Positions 16,309 to 25,718 of a DNA stretch of 64,000 nt are shown one piece after another. Numbering within the stretch: the first letter of the stretch is position 1; each line of letters begins with the position of its first letter. Origin of the DNA: Clostridia bacterium (GTDB taxonomy: Bacteria; Bacillota; Clostridia; Christensenellales; UBA1242); NCBI GenBank assembly GCA_017478185.1, contig JAFVEA010000009.1, positions 133,264-197,263 on the forward strand, in the 5' to 3' direction. A program made the position numbers and the translations under genes. The notes under the pieces were generated by a model. That model saw only the letters and a program-made list of their open reading frames with translations, was not told the origin of the DNA and made no database searches.

Positions 16309-17196
16309 ATGGCAAAAGATGTTATTATGTTTTCAGACACTGGAATTGATGACGCAATAGCAATTATTATGGCGTTAAGTGACAAAAACATAAACTTAAA
16401 AGCGGTTGTTGCATCAAAAGGGAATGTGAACCAAAAACAAGTTGCAAAAAACACACAAAAGCTTTTGGAATTTGTTAAAAAAGATGTTCCAGTGTTTGTT
16501 GGAAGCAAAAAAAGCTTTGGGGAAACAAAATTTAAGCTAAAAAGCGTTCACGGCAAAGACGGAATGGGGGAATACCCTTTTAAAAAACCTCACAAAAAGC
16601 CTAAAAGCTTTAAGGAATTTATAACTTTTTTTAAAAATCTTAAAAACAAGGTGAGCTTAATTTGCACAGGTCCTTTAACAGATTTGGCTTTTTTGAGTGA
16701 AAAAGTTAATTTTTTTGAAAAAGTTGAAAATATTTATCTTCAAACTGGAGAACTTAGCAACCCAAACTACACTTCATTTAATGTGGCAAAAGACCCAAAA
16801 GCGGTTGAAAAAATATTAGATTTAAATTTGCCTATTTTTATTTGCCCGTCTGATATGGGGCATATTGCTTATTTAAGTAAAAGAGATGTTAAAAAAGTTG
16901 AAAAAACAAACGAAACTGGCAAAATGCTTGAATTTATTTTTAGGTCGCATCACGACAGAGTGGTTAAAGACAATGTTGCGCCCCATGATGCGTGTTTGAT
17001 TTATTGTTTTTCTAACCCTCAAAATTTTGAATGGAAATATGCAAATTTGGCTGTTGATTATATAAATGATATTGGCATACTTCACTTTGATTTTTCTAAA
17101 CAAAAAACGAACAAAAAAATTTGCACGCAAATTGATATAAAATCTTTTAAAAATTATATGTTCAATTGCGTAAAAAATATTGAAATGCTAGACTAA
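16309..17196 (+). CDS. Nucleoside hydrolase (inosine-uridine-preferring family)
   Basis: The N-terminal motif is FSDTGIDDAIAIIMAL (family DxDxxxDD; the first Asp is Phe here, but the second Asp and the DD pair are kept). Length is about 295 aa. Confidence 0.75.
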   Translation: MAKDVIMFSDTGIDDAIAIIMALSDKNINLKAVVASKGNVNQKQVAKNTQKLLEFVKKDVPVFVGSKKSFGETKFKLKSVHGKDGMGEYPFKKPHKKPKSFKEFITFFKNLKNKVSLICTGPLTDLAFLSEKVNFFEKVENIYLQTGELSNPNYTSFNVAKDPKAVEKILDLNLPIFICPSDMGHIAYLSKRDVKKVEKTNETGKMLEFIFRSHHDRVVKDNVAPHDACLIYCFSNPQNFEWKYANLAVDYINDIGILHFDFSKQKTNKKICTQIDIKSFKNYMFNCVKNIEMLD

Positions 17197-17244
17197 AATT
17201 TTGTTTTATGATAAAATAAACATTGTATTAAAAGGAGAAAATTT

Positions 17245-18381
17245 ATGACCTGGGCAGATATTTGGGAATCTATTCAACATTTTTTTCTAACAAGTGGAAT
17301 AACATTGGTTAAAGCCATACTTTTATGGATAATTGGTTATGTTGTTGTTAGGGTTTTGATTGTTGTTGTTAAAAAACTTTTATCAAAAAGCAAAATAGAT
17401 AAAGTGGCGCAAGGGTTTATTGTGTCTATGGCTAGATTTATTTTGTATTTAATTTTGTTAATTATGATACTTCAAGCTCTTGGAGTTTCAATAACAGGTA
17501 TTGTTGCGGCTCTATCAGCGGCAGGACTTGCGGTGAGCTTGGCTCTTCAAAACAGCTTATCAAATGTTGCAAGTGGAATTATACTTTTAATAAATCAACC
17601 ATTTAGGCAAGGGGATTATGTGCAAATAAATGGTATTGAAGGAAAAGTTAAAAACATAAAAATTTTCACAACTGCACTTTTAACTGTTGACAACAAGCTT
17701 GTTGTTTTGCCAAACTCAATGGTTGCAGGCAATCCAATCATAAATTATAGCAACCGAAAAACAAGAAGGGTTGATTTCACATTTCAAGTTGCCTATGAAT
17801 CTGATGTTGAACTGGTTAAGAAAGTTGTTTTAAATGTTATGAAAAGTGACGGAAGAGTTTTGCTTACTCCAGAGCCAACTTGCAGGATAAAAACATATAA
17901 TGATTCAAGCATTGACTTCTTTTCAAATTGTTGGTGTGACTCAGATGACTATTGGGATGTTTATTATTATGTTATGGACAATGTGTTTAACGAATTTAAG
18001 CGTAACAATATTTCAATTCCATACAAACAAGTTGAGGTAAGGCTTAGAGAAGATGAAGTTAAAATGCCAGTTAGAGCAGGGGCTTTGAAAGAAAGAGTTG
18101 AAAAGGTTAGAAAGCAAGAAAAAGTTAAATCACTAGACAACTTTTTTGATAGGCTTGAAGATGGCGACACCTCAGTTTTAAAACTAAAGAAAGACAGCAA
18201 GGAGCAAAAACAAAAGCTAAAAGCTGAGAAAAAAGCTTTAAAAGAGCAAAAAAAGCAAGAAAAGTTACACAAAAACCAAGAAAACACCATTAAAGAACCA
18301 GAAAAAGTGGAACAAGAAAGTGAAGAGCTAAAAGAAATTCAAGAATTAGAAGCTATAAAAAACGAAAAAGATAAAGAATAA
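17245..18381 (+). CDS. MscS-family mechanosensitive channel with a Lys/Glu-rich C-terminal tail
   Basis: TM helices are followed by LQNSLSNVASGIILLINQPFRQGDYVQINGIEGKVKNIKIFTT. The last ~95 aa are K/E low complexity. Confidence 0.88.
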   Translation: MTWADIWESIQHFFLTSGITLVKAILLWIIGYVVVRVLIVVVKKLLSKSKIDKVAQGFIVSMARFILYLILLIMILQALGVSITGIVAALSAAGLAVSLALQNSLSNVASGIILLINQPFRQGDYVQINGIEGKVKNIKIFTTALLTVDNKLVVLPNSMVAGNPIINYSNRKTRRVDFTFQVAYESDVELVKKVVLNVMKSDGRVLLTPEPTCRIKTYNDSSIDFFSNCWCDSDDYWDVYYYVMDNVFNEFKRNNISIPYKQVEVRLREDEVKMPVRAGALKERVEKVRKQEKVKSLDNFFDRLEDGDTSVLKLKKDSKEQKQKLKAEKKALKEQKKQEKLHKNQENTIKEPEKVEQESEELKEIQELEAIKNEKDKE

Positions 18382-18383
18382 AA

Positions 18384-18418
18384 AAAGAACTAGAAAAATT
18401 TTTTTCTAGTTCTTTTTT
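18384..18418. terminator. Rho-independent terminator
   Basis: aagaactagaaaaa-tt-tttttctagttctt followed by a T-run. Confidence 0.8.
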
Positions 18419-18539
18419 ATAGAATGATATTATTTTTAAATAGTTTTTTTCAAAGTTTGAATTAAAAATCTATTTTATGTGTATTCATAAAAAAGTAATG
18501 AAACATCAATTTTTTGATTAATTATAATAGCCTATATAT

Positions 18540-20114
18540 TTATTTCGTTTTTAGTTCTTTTAATGAACTTTTTGTGATTTCATCAATTGTTTTTAAGTTT
18601 TTTTGGTCTGTTTTTTTATGCGTTTTTTTATATTCCATAACAGACATTGTGTTTATGGCATCAATTTCATTTTCATCTTCATCGCCAAAATCTTCAACTT
18701 CATTTTCTTTTTTTATTTGTGAAAACAATCTTTTTTCTTGAGGGCTTAAAAGTTCTCTCCAATTTATAACAGAATAATCCAAATCACAAATTAGATAATA
18801 AGCTGAGGTGTCTTGTTCTTTCTGTGCTTTTTTGATTTGCTTTATTATTTGATTTTTTGCAATTATAAGCTCTTCTTTAGAGAATATTTTGTTAGATAAA
18901 TTAAACAAGCATTCAAAAAGTTCCAGTCTTTGAAAATGAAGCCAATCAGCATCATTGAGCAAAATGTCTTTAATTTCTTTTAACATATTTGGAGTGATAA
19001 GTTTTTGCTCATAATATGCCTCCACCAAATAAACAAGAGAAGAAACAAGTTCACACAAGCAATAATCGCTGTTGTTTTTTATGCTTTCGTTATATATTTT
19101 TATGCCAACATCAAATAAGTTTTTAATTGAATTTTTGTTTTCAATCAAAAGGTCTGAAATTAGGCAAGAAAGCTCTAAGCTATTTAATGCCATATCAACA
19201 ATAATTTGTGAATATAACTCGCTAGACATAGCCATTTCAATTGTTGCGGGCTTAAAGTTTGAGTGCAAAACATCCATATTATGCATAACTCTGCATTCAT
19301 CTTGTGTTAAGGCGCCAGTGTTTTTAAGCTCTGAAATGGCATAAATATAATCTGTTGTCTTGCCCTTAAAGAGCAAAGTGTCAAAATATTCTTCCATAAT
19401 TTCATCATCAATATATTTTGTTCCATAAAGGTTAGAAACAAGTCTGGTCATTTGCCCAATGTCGCCACTGTCGAAAACATCATTTAACATATAGCTCCAT
19501 TCTTTTGAGTTAAGAACTGGAACCCCACAACCAAGAAGCTTAAAAATTGTGGTGCTAGCATATCTTGAGTCCATTTTGTTCATTCGCATTTCAGCCCACT
19601 TTGCAACTTCTTCCAAACTTAAAAGTTTTGTTTTATAAAATGACGCATAATCGTAAGGGGTGAGCATTGTTTCTGGATTTTGATTTTTTATTGAAATAAG
19701 TTTTAATGCATTTTGTTTTGAAATAAGCCCAAGTGAATATAGCAAAGTTATGTCAATCATATCACAAAAATCTGAATCTTTTGCAAAATTATCCATAAAA
19801 ACCAAAGCCATTTGTTTTAAAAGTTTTTTGTCTGCAATTTTTAATTTTAAAAAATTGTCAGCATCTTGCAAAACAAGAGTGAGAGCCAGCTCATCTTTGT
19901 TTTCTAAAATTCTGTTAAGTAGCCAAACTCCATCTTCTTTTGAAAAAATCTTTGCCTTAAAAAGTTCCAAAAAGTGTGCTGAAAGGTGAGGGAGAGTTAG
20001 GCTGTTTATGAGCGCTGTGCGCCATTCATTTTTTTGTTTTTGTGTTGGTTTTTGTTCTTTAACTGCTTGCAAAATTTGGTCAATATCATCATAAATAACT
20101 GTTTTGTCTGTCAT
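18540..20114 (-). CDS. Hypothetical 524-aa protein, apparently all-helical, with no family recognised
   Basis: It has a strong RBS AAGGAGG, its own consensus promoter, no TM or signal sequence and an acidic C-terminal region. Confidence 0.75.
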   Translation of the reverse strand: MTDKTVIYDDIDQILQAVKEQKPTQKQKNEWRTALINSLTLPHLSAHFLELFKAKIFSKEDGVWLLNRILENKDELALTLVLQDADNFLKLKIADKKLLKQMALVFMDNFAKDSDFCDMIDITLLYSLGLISKQNALKLISIKNQNPETMLTPYDYASFYKTKLLSLEEVAKWAEMRMNKMDSRYASTTIFKLLGCGVPVLNSKEWSYMLNDVFDSGDIGQMTRLVSNLYGTKYIDDEIMEEYFDTLLFKGKTTDYIYAISELKNTGALTQDECRVMHNMDVLHSNFKPATIEMAMSSELYSQIIVDMALNSLELSCLISDLLIENKNSIKNLFDVGIKIYNESIKNNSDYCLCELVSSLVYLVEAYYEQKLITPNMLKEIKDILLNDADWLHFQRLELFECLFNLSNKIFSKEELIIAKNQIIKQIKKAQKEQDTSAYYLICDLDYSVINWRELLSPQEKRLFSQIKKENEVEDFGDEDENEIDAINTMSVMEYKKTHKKTDQKNLKTIDEITKSSLKELKTK

Positions 20115-20142
20115 AAAAAATCCTCCTTAATCTATCAAATTT

Positions 20143-20171
20143 ATTATACATAATAAATTTAAATTAGTCAA
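20143..20171 (-). promoter_or_regulatory. Consensus sigma-A promoter for the 524-aa orphan gene
   Basis: The minus strand reads TTGACT, 17-nt spacer, TATAAT. Confidence 0.55.
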
Positions 20172-20175
20172 TTTA

Positions 20176-20210
20176 AAAAAATAAAAAAAGCACTAGTTTT
20201 CTAGCGCTTT
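20176..20210 (-). terminator. Rho-independent terminator after the small membrane-protein gene; the stem overlaps its stop codon
   Basis: aaagcgctag-aaaa-ctagtgcttt on the minus strand (one mismatch) followed by a U-run. Confidence 0.6.
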
Positions 20211-20405
20211 GTGTTCTTTTAAAATTTTTTCATATTCTTTTTTGTTATGCCTAACTTGAATGGAATATCTAATTCTTTTAACAATAAAAACAATTCCAAT
20301 AAGAGCAAAAACACATCCAAGAACAATTGTTACAATCAAAACAATGTTCATAATGCTTGAAATTGTTGTTGTTATGTTTGTTAAATCAATCACTATCATA
20401 AACAT
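20193..20405 (-). CDS. Small single-pass membrane protein (about 68-70 aa)
   Basis: It has a hydrophobic core IMNIVLIVTIVLGCVFALIGIVFIV followed by a basic tail. The track's first 9 codons contain the RBS AAAGGTGGA, so the start is probably ATG 20405 or 20399. Confidence 0.6.
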   Translation of the reverse strand: MFMIVIDLTNITTTISSIMNIVLIVTIVLGCVFALIGIVFIVKRIRYSIQVRHNKKEYEKILKEHKALEN

Positions 20406-20489
20406 TCCACCTTTGTTTTTTATATTATACAAATTTTATAAAAAAAATGCAAACAAAAAATGAAAAATGTAAAAAACTAAAATATTTTT

Positions 20490-21656
20490 TTAAATAAATC
20501 CCAAAACAAGGGTTGCAATTGTTCCAAGGCTTCCCAAAAATAGTGCTATATAAAAGAATATATAGTCGCTATATTTTTTCTTTTCTGGAGCCTCAAGTTT
20601 TTCAGACAGCATCATTTCTGTTGATTTTTTTGTGCTATTTCCTATAATATCATGAATAGTGATTTTCTTGTCTTTTAATTGTTTTTCTAAATTTATTAAA
20701 TGAACTTCTCTAAACAGCTCTGAAACCTGTTTGTCATCATCAACATTAATATCTTTTTCTAAATCGGTTCCTTCAATTTCTTTTTTTAAGTTATATTTAA
20801 ACTCAGTATAAGATTTTTTCTTGCCCTCCACAAAAAGTTTTGCAATCCCCCAAAACAGAACATAAAAAGCAATCAAAACAACCAAAAATTTCATAATAGT
20901 CAGCAATATTGGGTTTGAGTTTTCTTCAAAAGAGATAAAATAATCAACTATGCTGTTTTTTAACCAATTTGAGTTTAATGAAAAGCTTAAAAAAACGCTT
21001 AAAAAGTTGTTAACAAAGTGCATTATCATTGCTGGATAAATGCTTCGGCTTAATAGTGTTACAAAACACAAAAGCATTCCAACCAAAGAGGCATAACCAA
21101 ACTGCAAGATGTTAAAGTGCATAAACCCAAACAAAAGTCCAGTTAAAACAATTGCCCTTATGTTTCCGTTTTTCTTTATGCCGTTTAAAACAAGTCCACG
21201 ATGAGTTGTTTCTTCACAAACTGCAGGCAAAATTCCAACAAACAAAATGTTTAGAAAAAAGCTTAAAACAGAATAATCTCCAGCGCCACTAGAAAAAAAT
21301 TTAAATCCAAAAAGGTTTAAAAGTGCCACCCAAAGAGAACTAAAATAATTTATTAAAACAAACATACAAATTCCCAAGATAACAGAAACCCAAATTGATT
21401 TTTTTGAAGTTTTTCTAAACCCAAAATGATAAAAAGTTTGTTTTAAGTTTGTTTTAAATATTTTTGAATACAAAAAAAGTGGCAACAAAAACATAAAACC
21501 AATTTGCACCAAAATTTTAAAAATATAGTCGCTTCCATAAAAATCCAAAAGCCCAAAATATGATAAAACTTTTATTATAACAAAAAGTGTCATAATAGTT
21601 AAATAAATAAGACCAGAATAAAAAGCAAGCTTATTGTTTATTGTATATTTTTTCAT
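20490..21656 (-). CDS. CPBP-family (CAAX/Abi) intramembrane glutamic endopeptidase
   Basis: Multi-TM protein with motifs CEETTHRG (EExxxR), FGFMH and HFVNN. Confidence 0.85.
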   Translation of the reverse strand: MKKYTINNKLAFYSGLIYLTIMTLFVIIKVLSYFGLLDFYGSDYIFKILVQIGFMFLLPLFLYSKIFKTNLKQTFYHFGFRKTSKKSIWVSVILGICMFVLINYFSSLWVALLNLFGFKFFSSGAGDYSVLSFFLNILFVGILPAVCEETTHRGLVLNGIKKNGNIRAIVLTGLLFGFMHFNILQFGYASLVGMLLCFVTLLSRSIYPAMIMHFVNNFLSVFLSFSLNSNWLKNSIVDYFISFEENSNPILLTIMKFLVVLIAFYVLFWGIAKLFVEGKKKSYTEFKYNLKKEIEGTDLEKDINVDDDKQVSELFREVHLINLEKQLKDKKITIHDIIGNSTKKSTEMMLSEKLEAPEKKKYSDYIFFYIALFLGSLGTIATLVLGFI

Positions 21657-21665
21657 ACTTCTCCA

Positions 21666-22916
21666 TTAAAGTGTAATTATTGTAAATAATATTGCCAAAA
21701 CAAATCCACATATTAACAAAATATTTGTTTTTCTTTCTTCTTTTTGTCGTTGTGCACCATCTAATAAAGCTGGGTCTTTTTTGGTTTTTGAAAACAATTC
21801 GTTTTGTTCATCGCTTGTTTTTTTAACCAAATTATCATTTTCTGAATTATTTTTGTCTTTTGCTTTAATTTTTTTCATCAAAAAGAATGCTAAAAAAGTA
21901 ATTCCTACAGCAAGTATCATAAGTCCAATTGCAAGCAAAACATATTCAGTGCTAATCGAAGTTGGCATAGTGTTTGTGACCCCTTTTTGGCTTGAGATAA
22001 ACATAGCCACCAAAACTGTTGCGTTGTTGCAAAAATGGATTAACATACAAAGCCACAAAGCGCCAGTTTCCCACATAACATATCCCAAGATTATTCCAAG
22101 CAAAAATGTGTAAGGGAATTGAGGAAGAGAGCCGTGCATCAAACAAAAGGCAAGAGCGCTTAAAAGAATTGCAGGCCATTTACCCATTTTTTTAAGTCCA
22201 TTAAAAATCATTCCACGATAAATAAGTTCTTCAGTCACAGCTGGCAAAAAACCAATTAATAATATAGTTAGCAAAAACCACCAAAAATTTGTGAGAGGAA
22301 GTCCAATGCTAACATCAACATTCACGCCAATTTTGCCCATTCCAAAAGCAATCATTGTTATAAAGCTGTCAGTTAAATAAACAACACTCACTCCCAAAAT
22401 TATTGCAATTGGAATGTATAAATAACTTGCCTTTTTTGTTATTCCACAAGCACGAAATGAAATATTATGTTTTTTGTTATAAAAAAAGAACAATCCAAAA
22501 AGTAGCAATGCACTTAAAACTCTTGTAAAAACTGAAAACCAAGGTTGAGACCTTATGGCGAAATTGCCACTTTCATCTTTTTGAGTGTTGAAAAGAATTA
22601 TTGAAAGAACAAATCCCAAAATCACAGGAAGCAAAAGTGCAAAAATATAAACAAGAGCAGAATCTCTTTTGTTGTAAGACATTATTTTTTTTGTTTTTGG
22701 GTCAATTAAAACTTTTTCAGAATAGATGTTTTGTTTTAAATTTTTATCATCAAAACCTGTTTTTTCTTCTGTTTTTTCTTCTATTTTTTCATCTTTTAAT
22801 GAGCTTTTTATGATAAATTTTGCCTTACATTGTCTGCAAACAGCATATTCATCTTTTATATCTATATTTTTTGAGCCACAATTTTTGCATCGTATTTTTG
22901 CTAACTGTTTGTCCAT
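21666..22916 (-). CDS. CPBP-family intramembrane endopeptidase with an N-terminal cytoplasmic zinc ribbon
   Basis: N-terminus CKNCGS...CRQCKA, then TM segments. Motifs are TEELIYRG, FCLMH and HFCNN. Confidence 0.85.
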   Translation of the reverse strand: MDKQLAKIRCKNCGSKNIDIKDEYAVCRQCKAKFIIKSSLKDEKIEEKTEEKTGFDDKNLKQNIYSEKVLIDPKTKKIMSYNKRDSALVYIFALLLPVILGFVLSIILFNTQKDESGNFAIRSQPWFSVFTRVLSALLLFGLFFFYNKKHNISFRACGITKKASYLYIPIAIILGVSVVYLTDSFITMIAFGMGKIGVNVDVSIGLPLTNFWWFLLTILLIGFLPAVTEELIYRGMIFNGLKKMGKWPAILLSALAFCLMHGSLPQFPYTFLLGIILGYVMWETGALWLCMLIHFCNNATVLVAMFISSQKGVTNTMPTSISTEYVLLAIGLMILAVGITFLAFFLMKKIKAKDKNNSENDNLVKKTSDEQNELFSKTKKDPALLDGAQRQKEERKTNILLICGFVLAILFTIITL

Positions 22917-22984
22917 TTTTTTCTCCTAACAATATTTGTTGTTTTAATTTTATACTAAACACAAAATTTTAGCAACAAAAAACA

Positions 22985-23602
22985 CTATTTTTGTGTGGTT
23001 TTATGAGTTTTTTTGTTAAAAAAACAACAAATTATGTTAAAAGTAGCTGTCAAGCAAATAAATATAATTAAAATTGTTAGAAACAAATTTATAAATTCAA
23101 AAAAGGCAAAACAAACAATCAAAATAATCAAACAATTTAAAAAATTGCCAAACAAAACAACCAAAATGCTTTCATATAATTTTAAATTTAACAAAACACA
23201 AAGCATTGCCCCAGAATAAAGTCCAGCAAAAGGCACGGGAAGGGCAAGGAGTAAAGTTAAAAATAGTATTTTTTTAGATTTTTTTGCATCTTGAAATTTT
23301 TTTGCTTTAATATTTAAAAAATTTTCTATTTTTGATGTAATTTTTTTGTTTTTGTTTCTTTTTCTTATTCTTTTCACAAAGAAGTGAAAAACAAAAATTA
23401 AAATAATTCCAGCAAAACTGCTTCCCAAAAGCGAAACCAAAAACGATTGCCACAAACTCATTGCATTTGTTCCCCAAATGGAAGTTGAAATGCCTAAAGG
23501 GATTGCAATTTTTGTTTCAACAATAGGCAAGCAAGAGCATATAAAAACACATAAAAAAACACCAAAGCCACCAAATAAATTTATAACACTTTGTTCTAGC
23601 AT
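22985..23602 (-). CDS. Small multi-TM membrane protein, COG2426 / small-multidrug-export-like
   Basis: N-terminus ...LPIVETKIAIPLGIS... and a C-terminal PFAGLYSGAML repeat half are typical of that family as I recall it. The RBS is weak. Confidence 0.6.
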   Translation of the reverse strand: MLEQSVINLFGGFGVFLCVFICSCLPIVETKIAIPLGISTSIWGTNAMSLWQSFLVSLLGSSFAGIILIFVFHFFVKRIRKRNKNKKITSKIENFLNIKAKKFQDAKKSKKILFLTLLLALPVPFAGLYSGAMLCVLLNLKLYESILVVLFGNFLNCLIILIVCFAFFEFINLFLTILIIFICLTATFNIICCFFNKKTHKTTQK

Positions 23603-23631
23603 ACTTTAAAATATGCAACAAAAAACTCAAA

Positions 23632-23665
23632 AATGAATAAAAAAATCGCTATTTAAAGCGATTTT
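23632..23665 (-). terminator. Rho-independent terminator after ndk
   Basis: aaaatcgct-loop-agcgatttt followed by a U-rich tract on the minus strand. Confidence 0.7.
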
Positions 23666-24070
23666 TTAAATATTGCCAAAAAATCTTTTTATTTCAATTT
23701 CTGCTGTTTCGAGGGCGTCTGAGCCGTGAATCAAATTTTCACGCTCGTTGCAAGAATAATCTCCTCTAATTGTTCCAATAGGAGCTTCCAAATATTTGGT
23801 TGCTCCCATCATTTGACGCATACCTTTTATAACGCTGTCACCCTCAACAACCATTCCAATAACAGGACCGCTTGTCATATATTCAACAACTTCAGGGAAG
23901 AATGGTCTGTCTGCGATGTGGGCATAGTGTTCACGCAAAATGCTTTCGTTTAGTGTGAACATTTTCATATTTGTGATTTTATAACCCTTTTTTTCAATTC
24001 TTCCAATAATTTCTCCAACCAAATTTCTTCTTATTGCATCTGGTTTTAACATAATATAAGTTCTTTCCAT
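23666..24070 (-). CDS. ndk: Nucleoside diphosphate kinase
   Basis: ERTYIMLKPDAIRRNLVGEII and NLIHGSD (active-site His) are present. Length 134 aa. Confidence 0.95.
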   Translation of the reverse strand: MERTYIMLKPDAIRRNLVGEIIGRIEKKGYKITNMKMFTLNESILREHYAHIADRPFFPEVVEYMTSGPVIGMVVEGDSVIKGMRQMMGATKYLEAPIGTIRGDYSCNERENLIHGSDALETAEIEIKRFFGNI

Positions 24071-24229
24071 AACTTTTCACCTCAAAATAATATAAAAATA
24101 TATTATCACACTTAAAAACTTATTTCAAGTAAAAAATATGTTTTATTTAAAAATTTTTGTTTAATTATGAAATTTTAATGCTTGATAAATTTTTAAAAAA
24201 ATGATATGCTATAATTTGTAGGAGAAATT

Positions 24230-24847
24230 ATGCTATTTAATTTTTTAACATACAACAAATTTAAGTTTAGAAATTGGAACAAACTTTCTTTAGAAGGAAG
24301 GGCTCAAGTTTTTCAAAAGCTTGAAAACATTCAGGCAAAAAAACTCCATAGGCCACCAGCCGAAATTATTTTTAAAGAAATGGATGAAAGGCAAAAGGGG
24401 GCATATAACCCAGCAAAAAATTGCATTTTTTTAAATATGATGTTTATAGAAGAAGATTATTTTAGGTTTGACGGAATGTTCACGCTCTTTCACGAGGGTA
24501 GGCACGCATTTCAGCATTATGCAATCAGCGAAAATAATGGTTTTGGATTTTTTTCAAAAGCAAAAAAGTGGAGAGAAAATTTTAAAGGTTATTTAAGTGG
24601 CACTGTGGATGAATATACTTTTTATGCAATGCAGCCAGTTGAGCGGGATGCAAACAAATATGCGTTATCTAGGCTCAAAAGCTTTTTAGATAGATTTTCA
24701 GAAGACCGATATTTTATTGCAACTTTAAATTTTGAAGAAAGATGTTTTTATGATGATAAGTTTAGAGCCAAAAATGAACTGGGGTTATTTTATAATAAAA
24801 AAATAACAAAACGCTTTCAAGAAGAAAGTGAAAAAAATGGATATTAA
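24230..24847 (+). CDS. Hypothetical HExxH protein (putative zincin-like metallopeptidase), family not recognised
   Basis: The motif FTLFHEGRHAFQHY is present, there is no signal peptide, and the RBS is AGGAGA. It ends 13 nt before the SOR gene. Confidence 0.7.
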   Translation: MLFNFLTYNKFKFRNWNKLSLEGRAQVFQKLENIQAKKLHRPPAEIIFKEMDERQKGAYNPAKNCIFLNMMFIEEDYFRFDGMFTLFHEGRHAFQHYAISENNGFGFFSKAKKWRENFKGYLSGTVDEYTFYAMQPVERDANKYALSRLKSFLDRFSEDRYFIATLNFEERCFYDDKFRAKNELGLFYNKKITKRFQEESEKNGY

Positions 24848-24859
24848 GGAGAAAAGATT

Positions 24860-25231
24860 ATGGAATTTGTTATAAAAAAATGTTTAAAATGTGGAGCAAT
24901 CATAGAAGTTTTAAATGATTGCAACTGCCAAAATTGTGGAATAAAATGTTGTGGCGAAAATATGATTGCAATAAAGCCAAACAGCGTTGATGCTTCTTTT
25001 GAAAAGCATGTGCCAACTTATGAAATAAAGGGGGGCAAAATTTATGCAAAAGTAAATCATGTTATGGAAGAAGAGCATTATATTATGTGGATATGTTTTG
25101 TTTCTGAAAACAAAATTGAAAAAGTTATTTTAAAACCAAATCAAAAACCAGAGGCAGTTTTTGATTATAAAAAAGGAACTCTTTATGCTTATTGCAACAA
25201 ACACAGTTTGTGGCAATGTGAAGTGATTTAA
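24860..25231 (+). CDS. dfx: Desulfoferrodoxin-type superoxide reductase (class I SOR)
   Basis: The N-terminus has a desulforedoxin-like CLKC...CC. The centre II region has EKHVP, HVMEEEHYIMWI and CNKHSLW. Confidence 0.88.
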   Translation: MEFVIKKCLKCGAIIEVLNDCNCQNCGIKCCGENMIAIKPNSVDASFEKHVPTYEIKGGKIYAKVNHVMEEEHYIMWICFVSENKIEKVILKPNQKPEAVFDYKKGTLYAYCNKHSLWQCEVI

Positions 25232-25248
25232 TTTCAAGGAGAAAATTT

Positions 25249-25644
25249 ATGAAGATTTCAGCAGGCGGAAGATATGCAGTAAGGCTTATGGCAGATATTG
25301 CAAAGCATCAAGATTTTGTGCCATTAAAAGAAGTTGCAAAAAATCAAAATATTTCATTAAAATATGCTGAGCAAATTGTGGCAAAACTCACAAAAGAAAA
25401 ATTACTCATAAGTTCTCGTGGGCAAGATGGTGGCTACAAACTTTTTTTATCTCCTGAAAAATGTTCAATTTATTCAATTTTATCTATAACTGGTGACATC
25501 ACTGAAAACATAAATTGTGTTAAAGAAAATTGCCCTAATTTAGAAAAATGTGTGGGTGTTGATGTGTGGGCAACATTAAACACAAAAATAAACGATTATC
25601 TTAAATCGGTAACACTAAAAGATTTGATTTCAAAAGACAAATAA
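25249..25644 (+). CDS. Rrf2-family transcriptional regulator with a three-Cys cluster (probable Fe-S sensing, IscR/SufR-like role)
   Basis: N-terminal wHTH (GRYAVRLMADIA...LKEVAKNQNISLKYAEQIVAKL) and CVKENCPNLEKC (Cx4Cx5C). It lies directly upstream of sufCBDSU. Confidence 0.85.
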   Translation: MKISAGGRYAVRLMADIAKHQDFVPLKEVAKNQNISLKYAEQIVAKLTKEKLLISSRGQDGGYKLFLSPEKCSIYSILSITGDITENINCVKENCPNLEKCVGVDVWATLNTKINDYLKSVTLKDLISKDK

Positions 25645-25649
25645 TTGTG

Positions 25650-25678
25650 TTGACAAACAAAGATAATTATATTAAAAT
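25650..25678 (+). promoter_or_regulatory. Sigma-A-type promoter of the suf operon
   Basis: TTGACA, 17-nt spacer, TAAAAT. Confidence 0.5.
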
Positions 25679-25685
25679 TAAATCA

Positions 25686-25698
25686 TACTAAATTAGTA
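25686..25698. promoter_or_regulatory. 13-bp palindrome at the predicted suf transcription start; candidate Rrf2 operator
   Basis: TACTAA-A-TTAGTA with perfect arms, 8 nt downstream of the -10. Confidence 0.35.
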
Positions 25699-25718
25699 GG
25701 AATTAAATAGGAGAATAT

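Noticed and set aside
16330-16356. Possible inactive nucleoside hydrolase (first Asp of the DxDxxxDD motif is Phe)
   Set aside because: When aligned to the canonical DCDPGLDD motif, the catalytic and Ca-binding second Asp and the DD pair are retained. Only the first, less critical Asp is replaced.
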